This document shows positions 38,662 to 51,267 of a DNA stretch of 64,000 nt, one piece after another. The notes beneath the pieces were generated by a model. That model made no database searches, was not told the DNA's origin, and was given only the letters and a program-made list of their open reading frames with translations. Position numbers and translations under genes: made by a program. How positions within the stretch are numbered: the first letter of the stretch is position 1; the number at the start of each line of letters is the position of its first letter. Origin of the DNA: Thermovirgaceae bacterium (lineage in GTDB: Bacteria; Synergistota; Synergistia; Synergistales; Thermovirgaceae); contig JAXGNU010000003.1 in the NCBI GenBank assembly GCA_040767805.1, forward strand, positions 64,001 through 128,000, read 5' to 3'.

Positions 38662-38824
38662 CTGGTTCTTTCCCCGCCCTTTTTGTACTCCCCCCTGGGA
38701 AGTAAAAAAAGCGCGCCGGCCTTAAAAAAGTCCACCCTGGAACCGCCTGAAGGGTTGAAAAAACGGCCCGCTTCCCCTGGCTTAAGGAAGCGGACCGTTA
38801 GCGATCCCTTCATCGAAGAAATTT

Positions 38825-40869
<2,045 letters not shown>

Positions 40870-40895
<26 letters not shown>

Positions 40896-42072
40896 CTATC
40901 ATGCCCTGGAGTTCCCGTATCGCCCTCTTCAGCTGGGCGTCGCTCTCCCTGTCCTTTACGAATTCGCCCTCCACCTCTATGTCGGGTGAAAGACCGACCT
41001 TGTCGATCACGGTGCCCGCGGGGGTGTAATACTTCGCTATGGTAACAAAAATCCCCGACGAATCGGAAAGGTTGAAGAGGGTCTGCACCGACCCCTTCCC
41101 GAAGGATTGTTTGCCCACGATCACGGCCCTCCCATGGTCCTTGAGCGCCCCGGCGAGGATCTCGGAGGCGCTGGCGCTGCCCTCGTTGATCAGCACGGTC
41201 ATGGGGAGGTCGGTTATGGTCCCCTTCCTGGCGTAGTACACCTCGTTGGCACGGTCGAATCGCCCCCGGGTACTGACGATGACCCCGTCATCGAGCAGGA
41301 GGTCCGCTATTTCAACGCAACTGTTCAGGAGGCCCCCCGGGTTATTCCTCAGGTCGATCAGGATGCCGCCGGCCCCTTGTTCGGTGAGGTCGTGAACGGC
41401 CTTTCGGAAATCGGGCAAGGTCTTCAGGTTGAACTGGGTTATCCTCACAAGCCCGACCTTCTCCTGCAACAGCTCCGACTTAACGGTCTGGATCTTGATG
41501 CTCTCCCTTTCGATCTCGAACTTGAGCAGTTCATCCTCGGACTCGCGCCTGATCCAAATGACGACCTTCGTTCCCGGTTCGCCCCTGAGGGCGTGGACTA
41601 CTTCGTTCTGGGGCCACCCCAGGATCACCTCATCATCGATCTTGACGATCTGGTCCTTCGGTTTGAGGCCGGCCCGGTCAGCCGGCGTGTCCTCTATGGG
41701 GCTCACGACAAGGGTCTTCCCGTCGCGCTGACCGATGTAGATCCCCAAGCCGCCGTACTCGCCCTGGAGTTCGATCTCCTCTTCCTTGAGTTCGTCAGGG
41801 TCGACGAAACGGGTGTAGGGATCCTTCAGCGACGAGACCATGCCCTTGATCGCTCCGTGGAGGAGTTCTTTTTCGGAGATGTGTTCCTCGCCGTCGACGT
41901 GGTATGTCTCGAGGATGACGCGGGCCTGCTTCATGAGCCACAAGTTCTGGAAGCTGAAAGGAGCGGACTTGAACAGGTCCATCTCGTTGAAGGCGACGGC
42001 CGAAAGGACGCCTCCCACGAGAAGGGCGCCCACCACGGCCCCGATGAAAATATCCCTTGCCCGACGAAACAT
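40870..42072 (-). CDS. ctpA: C-terminal processing peptidase (S41, PDZ domain)
   Basis: DPYT, PDZ domain, DLRNNPGG, SASASE, FGKGSVQ. Confidence 0.95.
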
Positions 42073-42098
42073 GCGCCTATTCCACCCTTCAGACTACA

Positions 42099-43289
42099 CT
42101 ACCTGCCGAGGTAGGATACAGGATTCTTTGCCTCACCGTTGACCCTTACCTCGAAATGGAGGTGGGGCCCCGATGCCACCCCGGTGTTTCCTACGTTCCC
42201 TATGACCTCCCCGCCCTTGACTACCTTTCCCTCCTCGACACGGATCTGGGAGAGGTGGCCGTAGACGGTGGAGAGGTCCCCGCCGTGGTCGAGTATGACG
42301 ATCTGGCCGTAACCCCGGAGCCAGCCGGCGAAAAGCACCTCCCCCGCGGCGGCGGCCTTGACCGGGGTCCCCGCCGGCGCCCTTATGTCAAGGCCCGTGT
42401 GCATTATCTTGGTCTTGAACACGGGGTGCACCCTCGTGCCGAATTGGCTGCTGATCTCACCCCTGATCGGCCAGGAAAGCTTCGCCCCCGAAGGCACGTA
42501 AACCGGCGGAACGCCTGCCCTTGACTCCTGCATCTTCCTTTTCTGGGCCATGAGTTCACGGATCTTGCCCTGGAGTTCCTTCTGGGATTCTTCCAGTTCC
42601 CGGGCGGCCTTCTGGTGCAAGGCCTTCTGCTTGGTCAAGGCGTCCAGGGACTGTTTTCTCTGCGCCTCGGTACTTTTCAAGGCTTTCCGGTCTTTCTCCA
42701 GGCTTTCCTTCTGCTTGACCAACAGGGCCTTCTGGTCAAGCAGCTGCTTCCTGGAGGATTCCAGCTTCATTTTACTCTCCTTCATGGCCATGATCCTGCG
42801 CTCATCCTCGCGGGCCATCCTGGACAGGAGATAGGCGTTGGTGAGAGCTTCATGGGTGCTGCTCGACGAGAGAAGGAGGTTGAACTCCGCGACGCCCCCG
42901 TACTTGTAGATCGCCTCGAACCTCCTGGCAAGGTAGCCCCTGGACCTGGCCAGGTCCGCCTCGGTGCTCTTGATCTCGACAGTTAGTTCCTTGATCCCCA
43001 GTTCCGTTTTTTCACGCTGCAGGTCGAGAAGGGCGATCTTCTGCTTCAGGAGGGTGACGCTCTGGTCTATCCGGGAAAGATCGTCGAGGAGACCCTCCTC
43101 CTTCCTCCGTGCCTTTTGGATCTGCTTCTGGTGGAAGGAGATCTGTTTTTCTATCGCTTCCAGGCGACCCTGTTCGTCCTTGATCCTCGAGTCGATATCA
43201 GGCGTGTTGGCTCCCCGGGCGACCGCCGGCGAGAGGGTTAAAAAAAGCAGCAGTAATATCGTGGCCGAGGACCGGCTTTTTCTCTTCAT
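42099..43289 (-). CDS. Murein hydrolase activator EnvC-like protein (coiled coil plus M23)
   Basis: Signal peptide, long coiled coil, intact M23 metal motifs HTGLD and GPHLHFE. Confidence 0.9.
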   Translation of the reverse strand: MKRKSRSSATILLLLFLTLSPAVARGANTPDIDSRIKDEQGRLEAIEKQISFHQKQIQKARRKEEGLLDDLSRIDQSVTLLKQKIALLDLQREKTELGIKELTVEIKSTEADLARSRGYLARRFEAIYKYGGVAEFNLLLSSSSTHEALTNAYLLSRMAREDERRIMAMKESKMKLESSRKQLLDQKALLVKQKESLEKDRKALKSTEAQRKQSLDALTKQKALHQKAARELEESQKELQGKIRELMAQKRKMQESRAGVPPVYVPSGAKLSWPIRGEISSQFGTRVHPVFKTKIMHTGLDIRAPAGTPVKAAAAGEVLFAGWLRGYGQIVILDHGGDLSTVYGHLSQIRVEEGKVVKGGEVIGNVGNTGVASGPHLHFEVRVNGEAKNPVSYLGR

Positions 43290-43312
43290 GATAGCTGCAC
43301 CCCAGTCTCTTG

Positions 43313-44200
43313 CTAGATGGACCTGGACGCCTGTCTCACAAAACGGGACGCGGCGAGCCAGCTGCAGACCCAGCCGACGGACAGGCCCGCCAGGACCAGG
43401 ACGCCACCTACCCTGAGGACGATGATCCTGTCGGTGAGCAACCTCAGGAAAGGAAGGGATCTTTCCAGTGTGGTGAGGGCCATCCCGTAGGAAAACCAAA
43501 GCAGCAGGACCGACAGCGCCGCGCCCAGGGTCCCGAGAAGGACCCCCTGCAGGACGTAGGGAAAGATCACGAAACTCCTGGAGGCGCCGACGAGGAGCAT
43601 TTTGCCTATCTCGTCCTTCCTGGCGTACACGCCGATGCGGATCGTGTTGAACAGCACCAGGGCCGCCGAGGCCATGGAGACCACGAGCACGACCAAGGAC
43701 AGCCTGGAGACGAAACGGGAGATCTTTTGCAGCCTCTCGGCGATATCCCCCGCGTAGACCACTTCTTCCACCTCGGGCATGGCGATCAGTTCCCGGGCGA
43801 TGACCGTCGCGAAGGACGCTTTTTTCACCTGTACCTCCACGCTGGGGGGTAGGGGGTTTTCCTCCAGCAGGGCCACCGCTTCGGCAAGCTTGCCGAGCCT
43901 TGCCTTGAGGCGTTCCAGGGCTTCCTTGGCGGTCACGACCCTCACCGATGAGACCGAATCGTAGGAGATGGCCTTCCGCGCCACCGCTTCCAAGGCTTCC
44001 TCAGAATCTTGGACGTAAGCCTGGATCGTGAGGTCTCCCTCGACGGTCTCGATGAGGTACCGGGTGTTGAGGACGAAGAGGATGCTTGCCCCCACGAGGA
44101 AGAAGACCGCCACGGAGGTGAGGACTGTCAGGAAGCTCAAACCGGAATGCCTGGAGAGGAGTCTCCAGGTATCCCTGATCATGTACCTAAAGGTCCCCAT
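43313..44200 (-). CDS. ftsX: Cell division permease FtsX
   Basis: ENPLP, NTIRI...R..EI..M.LVGA; four TM segments. Confidence 0.93.
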   Translation of the reverse strand: MGTFRYMIRDTWRLLSRHSGLSFLTVLTSVAVFFLVGASILFVLNTRYLIETVEGDLTIQAYVQDSEEALEAVARKAISYDSVSSVRVVTAKEALERLKARLGKLAEAVALLEENPLPPSVEVQVKKASFATVIARELIAMPEVEEVVYAGDIAERLQKISRFVSRLSLVVLVVSMASAALVLFNTIRIGVYARKDEIGKMLLVGASRSFVIFPYVLQGVLLGTLGAALSVLLLWFSYGMALTTLERSLPFLRLLTDRIIVLRVGGVLVLAGLSVGWVCSWLAASRFVRQASRSI

Positions 44201-44882
44201 CGGATCGGTACCTGCCCTTCCTCTCGTCCCTGATCAGCCGCCCCTTGCGGAGTTCGACGACCCTTTGGCGATAGGAATCGACGATGTACTGGTTGTGGGT
44301 CGCCACCACCAGGGTGGTCCCGGAGGCGTTGATCGACAGCAGGAGCTGGAGGATCTCGTCGGCCGTGTCCATGTCGAGGTTGCCCGTGGGCTCATCGGCC
44401 AGGAGGATCGAAGGGGAATTGGCGATGGCCCTCCCTATGGCCACCCTCTGCTGTTCACCGCCCGAGATCTGCTCCGGGAAAAGGTTCCTCTTCCTCCAAA
44501 GGCCGAGGCGGTCTAGCACTTCGTTGGTCCTCTTCTGCGCGCTTTGAAAGGGGACCCCGATCACTTCCTGCACGAAGGCGATGTTCTCATGTACCGTCAG
44601 GTCGGGAAGAAGCCGGAAATCCTGGAAGACCACCCCGATATTCCTCCTGAGGTAGGCCAGGTTATGGGAGGCTATCTTCCTTATGTTGACGTCGCCCACG
44701 GTAACCCGCCCCCTGGTGGGCACCAGTTCCCGGGTGACAAGCCTGAGAAGGGTCGTCTTGCCGGATCCCGTGGGCCCCACAAGGTAAACGAACTCCCCCT
44801 TGTCGATGGAGAGGAAAATATCCTGGAGGGCGACGATATCCGGGGGGAACTGTTTGGTCACGCCGGCGAACCGTATCTCCAT
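44187..44882 (-). CDS. ftsE: Cell division ATP-binding protein FtsE
   Basis: GPTGSGKT, VFQDFRLL, SGGEQQR, ADEPTGNLD. Confidence 0.95.
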   Translation of the reverse strand: MEIRFAGVTKQFPPDIVALQDIFLSIDKGEFVYLVGPTGSGKTTLLRLVTRELVPTRGRVTVGDVNIRKIASHNLAYLRRNIGVVFQDFRLLPDLTVHENIAFVQEVIGVPFQSAQKRTNEVLDRLGLWRKRNLFPEQISGGEQQRVAIGRAIANSPSILLADEPTGNLDMDTADEILQLLLSINASGTTLVVATHNQYIVDSYRQRVVELRKGRLIRDERKGRYRSDGDL

Positions 44883-44885
44883 CCA

Positions 44886-45824
44886 TTACCTCCTGCGCAT
44901 GGACCACACCTGGGCCGACTCCCCCACGATCTCCCTGAAGGTCAACCCGTAGTATTCCTGCAGTTCCAGGGGGGTCCCGCTCTGCCCGTACCGGTCGCTT
45001 ACGGCGACGCTCCTCACGGGTACGGGGTTCTCCGAGGCGGAAAGGGCGGCGACGGCCTCCCCCAGCCCCCCGATCGTGTTATGCTCCTCCGCCACAACAC
45101 AGCACCCCGTCCTCCTCAGCGACGATAGGATCAAACGGGAGGGCAGGGGTTTCAGGCAGAAACAGTCGATCACTTCGGCGTTTATGCCTTGTTGGGAGAG
45201 GATCCTTGCGGCCTTCAACGCTTCGTGGACCATGATACCACAGGCACAAAGGGTGACGCCGTCTCCCTCCACCAGGAGCCTCCCCCCGCCGATGCGCATT
45301 TCGGTCTCGTCGAAGGGGCCCGTGTCGGGGACCTCGTCACGGCCCAGCCGGACATAAACGGGGCCCGGGTGTTCGAGGGCCAGCATCGCCATCGCGGAAG
45401 AGGAATCGAAGTCCGAAGGCACGAGGATGGAGATCCCCGGCAGGATTCTCATCAGCGCCACGTCCTGGTTCATCTGGTGCACGGCACCGTCTTCCCCGGC
45501 GGAGAGGCCCGAATGGGTCCCGACCAGGACGGCCCCAAGATCCGGGATCGCCAGGCAGGTCCTGACCTGGTCGAAGGACCTCGCGGTGAGGAAGGCCGAC
45601 GGAGCGACGGCGACGGGTTTCTTGCCGTCAAGGGCTAGGCCCGCCGCGGTGGTCACCATGTCCTGTTCTGAGGCCCCGCAGTTGATCGTTCTCTCGGGAA
45701 ACAGCGAGGCAAAGGGGGTGACGATCTCGCTCCCGGCCATGTCCGCGTGAAGGAGAACCACGTCGTTCCTCCCCCGGCCCAGCCTAACGAGTCCCTGTCC
45801 GAAACCGGAAAGGGTGCTTCTCAT
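44886..45824 (-). CDS. Transketolase C-terminal subunit (split type)
   Basis: FPER, GASEQ, GEDGAVHQ, YVRLGR, EEH..IGGLG, GQSG. Confidence 0.9.
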   Translation of the reverse strand: MRSTLSGFGQGLVRLGRGRNDVVLLHADMAGSEIVTPFASLFPERTINCGASEQDMVTTAAGLALDGKKPVAVAPSAFLTARSFDQVRTCLAIPDLGAVLVGTHSGLSAGEDGAVHQMNQDVALMRILPGISILVPSDFDSSSAMAMLALEHPGPVYVRLGRDEVPDTGPFDETEMRIGGGRLLVEGDGVTLCACGIMVHEALKAARILSQQGINAEVIDCFCLKPLPSRLILSSLRRTGCCVVAEEHNTIGGLGEAVAALSASENPVPVRSVAVSDRYGQSGTPLELQEYYGLTFREIVGESAQVWSMRRR

Positions 45825-46678
45825 GGCTTCACCCCCTCTTCCATCTCACCCGAAGCCAGCTCCAGCTCCCTGAGGGCCTGTTCCATCCCGTTCCGATCCA
45901 GGAGGCGGCCCGGCTTCTCCAACGACCCTTTTTCCGCGGAAGAGACGCCTTTGCCGGGGATGGTCCTCGCCAGTATCACGCGGGGAATTCCACCGGGATC
46001 CGAGTGCGCCCTCGACAGCGCCCTTTCCAGGTGATCGAAATTATGGCCATCGGCTTCCATCACTCTCCAGCCCAAGGTCTCGAACCTTTTCCTCTCCGAG
46101 GCTCCCTTCCCGGGGGTCAGGGCGGGCGCCGAAGGCGGGGCGCTGGAATCCACCACTACCGTCAACCCTTCGAAACCCAGGATGCTCGCCCGAAGGACCG
46201 ATTCCCACAGGGATCCCTCCTGGAGTTCCTCGGAACCGATGACGCAGAAGACCCTCCTGTCGTTGCCGTCCATCCGGGAGGAAAGCAACAGTCCCTTGGC
46301 GATGCCTATGGCCATCCCCCTCGACCCACCGGGGGCGTCGACACCGGGCGTCCTGGCGTGCTCGGGCCTACCCTGGAGCATCGCCCCCAGGCGGCGGTAA
46401 TTCCAGAGTTCCTCCCTTTCAAAGAAGCCTCGCCTGGCGAGGACCGCGTATAGGGCAGGACTCGCGTTGTCCTTGCTGAAGACGAGCCTGTCCCTCTCCG
46501 GCCATAGTGGTTCATCGGGCCTTATCTTCAGTACCTTCCAGTAGAGGTAGACCAGGATGTCCACGACGGAAAGGGAAGAATCCAGGTGGCCCGCCCTTGA
46601 AACGCCGGTCATCCTGACGATATCCTTTCTCACTTCCAGGGCCGTCCTTTCCAGTTCCCGCCTTTGTGAGGCTTTCAT
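45821..46678 (-). CDS. Transketolase N-terminal subunit-like protein with degenerate active site
   Basis: Scaffold motifs GH..SSLS, RDR, QEG..WE, GW, DGH, T..GKG are kept; catalytic motifs are altered. Confidence 0.88.
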   Translation of the reverse strand: MKASQRRELERTALEVRKDIVRMTGVSRAGHLDSSLSVVDILVYLYWKVLKIRPDEPLWPERDRLVFSKDNASPALYAVLARRGFFEREELWNYRRLGAMLQGRPEHARTPGVDAPGGSRGMAIGIAKGLLLSSRMDGNDRRVFCVIGSEELQEGSLWESVLRASILGFEGLTVVVDSSAPPSAPALTPGKGASERKRFETLGWRVMEADGHNFDHLERALSRAHSDPGGIPRVILARTIPGKGVSSAEKGSLEKPGRLLDRNGMEQALRELELASGEMEEGVKP

Positions 46679-46682
46679 TCAA

Positions 46683-47696
46683 TCACTCTCCTGAGAGCAT
46701 TCCTTCAAGGGTACGGCGGAAAACCTCCTCCAGCGCGCCCCTTGCCTCGTTGAGCCTGGCCTCCTTCCGGGGTTCCCGCGGGAAAGAAGGAACTTCCGCT
46801 TCATCCCACAAGGGCAGGTCCCAGTCCTCGGCGAAGGACCTGACCTTGGGGTCATAGGGTACCGCCAGGCAGGGCACGCCGGCAAGGACCGAGATGAGGC
46901 AAAAGTGGAGCCTCATGCCCACGGCAGCCCTCGCTTTCAACCATAGCGCCTGAGCCTCGAAAGCGCAGGTTACGCGGACGATCCGGGAGAGGTTGAGCAT
47001 CCCCCGGGACCGTAGACCCTCCATGAGGGACTCATCTTCACCGGAAAGAGCCACTCCGACCATGTCAAGCCCCGACCTTTCCCCAGCCTCGGTCGCCGAG
47101 AGGGAAGCGGCTTCGGGAAGCCCCCCTCCCCAGGGCCTGATATTCACGAGGAGAAGGTCCCCATCCCCGCCGCTGGGAAAACCGGGGGCCATCGTGAAAA
47201 CGGGGTCAGGGGCTATCTCTCCGGCCATACCCCACTCTTCCAGGAACGACATCGACCCCTTGTCCCTGACCACCCTCGCCTGGCAAAGGGAAAGGGCGTC
47301 ACGGGCCAGGAAACGGGCCATGCCCCTCTCCAGGGGGCCTATCGACTGGCCGAAGGCCCAGGGCCTGCAACCGGCGAGGCGGGCCATCCTGGTCACCCCC
47401 CAGTAATAAGCGCTGGACCTCGCGCTGGTGGAATCCTGGAAGAGACCGCCGCCGCCTAGGAGAAGCGTCCTGCTGGACCTCAAGGCGGACATGACCTCCA
47501 GGGGGCTCCAGCGGTTGACCCGGGATACTCCTCCCCGGCCTGCCGAGATCCCTTGGGCGGCCGAAAGCACCGCTACCCTTTCACCAGGCACGCCGTTCTT
47601 GTTCATAAGGTCCAGGAGGCTTTCAGCCATCAGTTCGTCTCCGAGGTTCCCGAAACCGTAATAACCACAAAGGACAACGTCCAGCGGCCGGCTCAC
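46683..47696 (-). CDS. csaB: Polysaccharide pyruvyl transferase
   Basis: GYYGFGNLGDE, GGGGLFQD.TS, QSIGPL, VRD, MRLH, YDPKV. Confidence 0.93.
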   Translation of the reverse strand: MSRPLDVVLCGYYGFGNLGDELMAESLLDLMNKNGVPGERVAVLSAAQGISAGRGGVSRVNRWSPLEVMSALRSSRTLLLGGGGLFQDSTSARSSAYYWGVTRMARLAGCRPWAFGQSIGPLERGMARFLARDALSLCQARVVRDKGSMSFLEEWGMAGEIAPDPVFTMAPGFPSGGDGDLLLVNIRPWGGGLPEAASLSATEAGERSGLDMVGVALSGEDESLMEGLRSRGMLNLSRIVRVTCAFEAQALWLKARAAVGMRLHFCLISVLAGVPCLAVPYDPKVRSFAEDWDLPLWDEAEVPSFPREPRKEARLNEARGALEEVFRRTLEGMLSGE

Positions 47697-49603
47697 CCCG
47701 CGACGACCCCCTGCCACCTTCTCCAGGCCGGGATGACCAGGAACACAAGGACCGCCGCCATGACGGAGCCCACGATGAGTCCGGTCCAGAGCCCGTTAAA
47801 AACGCGCAGCAGTATGAAGGAAAGGTGCGTGTGGAAATGGCAGAAGCTGTTCACCACCGACGAAAAGGCCAACGTGGCGCCAACCCGGAAGACCTCGCGA
47901 TATTCCCCCCAGATATCCTTTCTCCTCACGACGAACCAGAGCACCAGGGCAGGGTAGCCCGCGAAGATCTCCTTTGTCCTGGGCCTGGCTATCAGCAATT
48001 GCTCCAGGAACTCCCTGAACCTGATCTCCCAGCCGGGGACGAAGGATACGTTCCCGCTCCTGAGGGCCATGACGCCGGCGGCGGCGGCCACTACTCCCAC
48101 GAGGGCCAATTCGCCCCAGGAAGGCGGTCTTGACAGGACCTGGGTCAGCGATTCGGGGTGAACCCTCCTCTTCAAATCGTGAAGGAGCAGGATCAGCGGT
48201 GGGAGCAGGAGCGCTGCCTTGACCCCGGAGAAGGCGCCCATCCTCAGCATGTACCAGGGGGTCCCGAAAAAGGAAGCGATGGAAAGACCAGAGATGACGG
48301 CGACGGCCACGCCGCAGATCACCCCCCTGAGGGGGCGCCGGAAGTCCTCGAGGGCAAACAGGGAGGCCTCGGTCGCGGCGAAGGAGGCGACCAGGGCCCC
48401 GGAGACCCGGGCAACGACCGGGACCTTCAGGGAGAGAAAGGCGATGGCCACCGAAAGGGCGAGTGAGGCCACCGCTTCCTTCAGGCCGATGTCGCCCCCC
48501 TCCATCGAAAGGAACCTTGCTATCAGCCTCCCCGCCAGTGCTGCCATGACAAGGCCGAGGGCGAGGGCCGCGAAGGGGCTCGTGCCCCAGCGACCCATTG
48601 TTTCGGGCCATCCGGTGCGGATCCCCAGCGAGCCCAGCCGCCCCGATATCCTGGCGCACTCGTCGGCGAACCTCTTCAGCCTGGATCCGGAGTGGAGGTC
48701 CGAGGGCCTCAGGTAAAGGATCTTGACCGAGCGTTCCCGGGAGGCCCGGACAAATCTCTCCACCAGGTCGTCCCGGGTGAGCCTCCTGCTCAGGATCTCC
48801 TCTCTCCTAACGCTGTGCAGGGAAAGGATGCCCGGGAAAAGGCCCCTCTCGAGGAGAGCGGTGCCGATCTGCTGGGAGAACTCCACCTTTGATACGGGGA
48901 CGCCCCGCTTCCGGAGAACCTCCACAAGGGGGCCTAGGTCCGGGTAACCGGCGACGAAAAGGCCCGCCGGGACGACGGCTCGGATCTCGGGGAAGGCATC
49001 CAGCACCGTGGCAACCGCGAGGGCCACGTCTTCGCCCCCGACGCCTGGGGTCGACCCTGGGCGATAGACCAGGGGGATACCTCCCCCCTTGAGCAACTCC
49101 AGCATGGGGTAGTCCGGGAGTACGCCCGCCTCAAGGGTCTCGGCCAGGGAAAGGGGTAGTACAAGCAGTTCCCCCCGGTCCAGGCCTATGACCCTGCTAC
49201 CGGGATACTTTTTAAGGACGAAAGACCTGATCTCGCCGGAAAAGGGAGACCCCGCTCGAAGGAGGAGGGCCGCCGAGTCGGGGTACAGGCCCTCAGGCCT
49301 CGGTCCCGGGAGGAGTTCCCCCACGGACCCGAACCCCAGGTCCAGCACTCCCTCCATGAGTTCCTGGCCCGTCAGCTCCCCCACGGCCACAGCGGTGAGG
49401 CCCCGCCCCAACAGTACATCGAGGGTCGCGGGAACGGGCAGTTCCGACTCCCTGGCAAGGCTTGCGATATCCCTCATATCGGTGACAAGGGCCGCCACGT
49501 TTCCCTGTCTTTCGGCCCTGACCCGAGGGAGAAGCCCGGCGGCCGCTAAAAGGGCGGCAACCGCCAACGCCGCTGTAAAAAAGAAGGATCGCCCTTTCCT
49601 CAC
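47693..49603 (-). CDS. DUF5693 family membrane protein
   Basis: RA..ER.V..LYLRP, FSGVK, RSGN, RPRTKE...GYP, NSFCHFHT; coupled to csaB. Confidence 0.8.
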   Translation of the reverse strand: MRKGRSFFFTAALAVAALLAAAGLLPRVRAERQGNVAALVTDMRDIASLARESELPVPATLDVLLGRGLTAVAVGELTGQELMEGVLDLGFGSVGELLPGPRPEGLYPDSAALLLRAGSPFSGEIRSFVLKKYPGSRVIGLDRGELLVLPLSLAETLEAGVLPDYPMLELLKGGGIPLVYRPGSTPGVGGEDVALAVATVLDAFPEIRAVVPAGLFVAGYPDLGPLVEVLRKRGVPVSKVEFSQQIGTALLERGLFPGILSLHSVRREEILSRRLTRDDLVERFVRASRERSVKILYLRPSDLHSGSRLKRFADECARISGRLGSLGIRTGWPETMGRWGTSPFAALALGLVMAALAGRLIARFLSMEGGDIGLKEAVASLALSVAIAFLSLKVPVVARVSGALVASFAATEASLFALEDFRRPLRGVICGVAVAVISGLSIASFFGTPWYMLRMGAFSGVKAALLLPPLILLLHDLKRRVHPESLTQVLSRPPSWGELALVGVVAAAAGVMALRSGNVSFVPGWEIRFREFLEQLLIARPRTKEIFAGYPALVLWFVVRRKDIWGEYREVFRVGATLAFSSVVNSFCHFHTHLSFILLRVFNGLWTGLIVGSVMAAVLVFLVIPAWRRWQGVVAG

Positions 49604-50214
49604 ACTCTTTCACCCCACTGATCCTCGAGGGGGATCCCCATACCCTCCAACAGCCTGCTCAACGTGAAGAGGGGAAGTCCCACGACGTTAAAATAACAGC
49701 CCTTTATGGAACGGACAAGCAGCGAACCCCATCCCTGGATGGCGTAGGCCCCGGCCTTGTCCCCACTCTCGTTCCCCGAAAGGTAAGCCCTGATCTGCCG
49801 ATCCGTAAGGACCCTGAAAGTGACCAGCGTCTCTTCTGTTGCCGATGCCGACCGGTCCCCCCACCGTACGGCGACGCCGGTGATGACCTTGTGGGTTTTC
49901 CCCGAGAGGAGGCGGAGCATCCGGAAGGCATCGCCGGGGTTTTCGGGTTTCCCCAGGATCATCGCTTCAAGAACGACTATCGTATCAGCCGCTACTACGA
50001 GGGAACTCCGCTGGGAAGCGCAAACCGAGTCAGCCTTCGCCTCCGCCAGCCTTAGCGCCTGCTCCCCGGGGTCGCCCCCATTAACGATCCCCTCATCGAC
50101 GGCGGGCGGCACAACCCTGAAGCGCCACCCCAGGTCGCGAAGGAGAGCCTCCCGTCTTGGGCTGGCCGAAGCCAGGACCATGTCGGGAAAAGGGTGAGGG
50201 TCATGCCCGGTCAT
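49600..50214 (-). CDS. maf: Maf family nucleotide pyrophosphatase
   Basis: LASASPRR, ADT, LGKP, DKAGAYAIQG, NVVGLP. Confidence 0.95.
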   Translation of the reverse strand: MTGHDPHPFPDMVLASASPRREALLRDLGWRFRVVPPAVDEGIVNGGDPGEQALRLAEAKADSVCASQRSSLVVAADTIVVLEAMILGKPENPGDAFRMLRLLSGKTHKVITGVAVRWGDRSASATEETLVTFRVLTDRQIRAYLSGNESGDKAGAYAIQGWGSLLVRSIKGCYFNVVGLPLFTLSRLLEGMGIPLEDQWGERV

Positions 50215-50453
50215 CGAACCACCAGCACCCCGAAGGTCCCCCCGATCAGGGACCCGAGGTTCGCGCGGATGTAAAGCCGGAAGCCGAGATCGATGAAGAT
50301 GAGGTCGAGGTTTCTCATATCGAAGCCGACATCTATGATATTACGGAAAAGCCTCTCGGTGGCCTGGAATCTCTGCAGGAAAACCCCCAGGATGCTGCCG
50401 AGGATCACGCAAAGGACCACGACCCACCACCTCTTGTACGAGACTTTGGCCAT
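50211..50453 (-). CDS. Small membrane protein (DUF4321-like)
   Basis: 80 aa, hydrophobic, LDL.FI..GF...N.GS..G pattern, directly upstream of maf. Confidence 0.7.
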   Translation of the reverse strand: MAKVSYKRWWVVVLCVILGSILGVFLQRFQATERLFRNIIDVGFDMRNLDLIFIDLGFRLYIRANLGSLIGGTFGVLVVR

Positions 50454-50457
50454 TTCT

Positions 50458-51264
50458 TCACCCCCTGAACAGTTTGAACACCACCACAAGGAGACCCGCT
50501 GTCAAGCAGTAAAGGGAAAAGAAACCCAGCCTCCCCCTGGTGACGACCCTGCGGAGAACGCTTAAGGCCAAAAGCCCCGACCCGAAGGCGACCACCACCC
50601 CTATCCACCAACCCTTCGGCAGCGACGTGAGCACTCCGGACAGGCCACCCGCCTCGGTCACCTCGAGGATGGCCGCGCCGAGGATTGCGGGGAGGGATAG
50701 GAGAAAGGAAAAGGAGAAGGCCTCTTCACGGGAAAGTCCCGCCCGGAGCCCCGTCACGATGGTGGTCCCGGACCTGGAGATGCCCGGGAAGACCGCCAAA
50801 CCCTGGGCGAGGCCGACCTTGAGGCCCGAGGACAATGAGACAGGAAGTTCCCCGGGGGAAATCCGGCTCCCGTAGCGCAGGACGAAACCTGTCACCAGGA
50901 GGGCGAAGCCCACGAAAAGGGTGGAAGTGAAGAGGACATCCACTACCGGCTTGACGATAAGGACCACCAGGGCCGTCAGCAGCGTGCCCACGATGACGCC
51001 CCAGCCGTACTTCCAACCGGGAAGCCCGCGCCCCTCCGCTGTAAAGAGGCCAAGGAGCCACTCCCGTAGGTTTCTCATTATGTCAACCCGAAAGAAAAGG
51101 ACTGTGGCGGCCATGGTGGCCAGGTGGAGCACCACGGCGAAGGGAAGGCCCGGGCCCGACCAGCCGAAAAGGTCCTGGACGATAACCAGGTGGCCGGAGC
51201 TGCTCACGGGGAGAAATTCTGTAATACCCTGGACGAGGCCCAGTACGGCGGATTGAAGGTACAA
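50458..51264 (-). CDS. uppP: Undecaprenyl-diphosphate phosphatase
   Basis: QGITEFLPVSSSGH, PGISRSG, FSFLLS.P. Confidence 0.96.
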   Translation of the reverse strand: MYLQSAVLGLVQGITEFLPVSSSGHLVIVQDLFGWSGPGLPFAVVLHLATMAATVLFFRVDIMRNLREWLLGLFTAEGRGLPGWKYGWGVIVGTLLTALVVLIVKPVVDVLFTSTLFVGFALLVTGFVLRYGSRISPGELPVSLSSGLKVGLAQGLAVFPGISRSGTTIVTGLRAGLSREEAFSFSFLLSLPAILGAAILEVTEAGGLSGVLTSLPKGWWIGVVVAFGSGLLALSVLRRVVTRGRLGFFSLYCLTAGLLVVVFKLFRG

Positions 51265-51267
51265 GGG

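Noticed and set aside
43290..43499. N-terminal extension of the EnvC-like ORF
   Set aside because: It overlaps ftsX; a typical signal peptide begins at the ATG at 43289.
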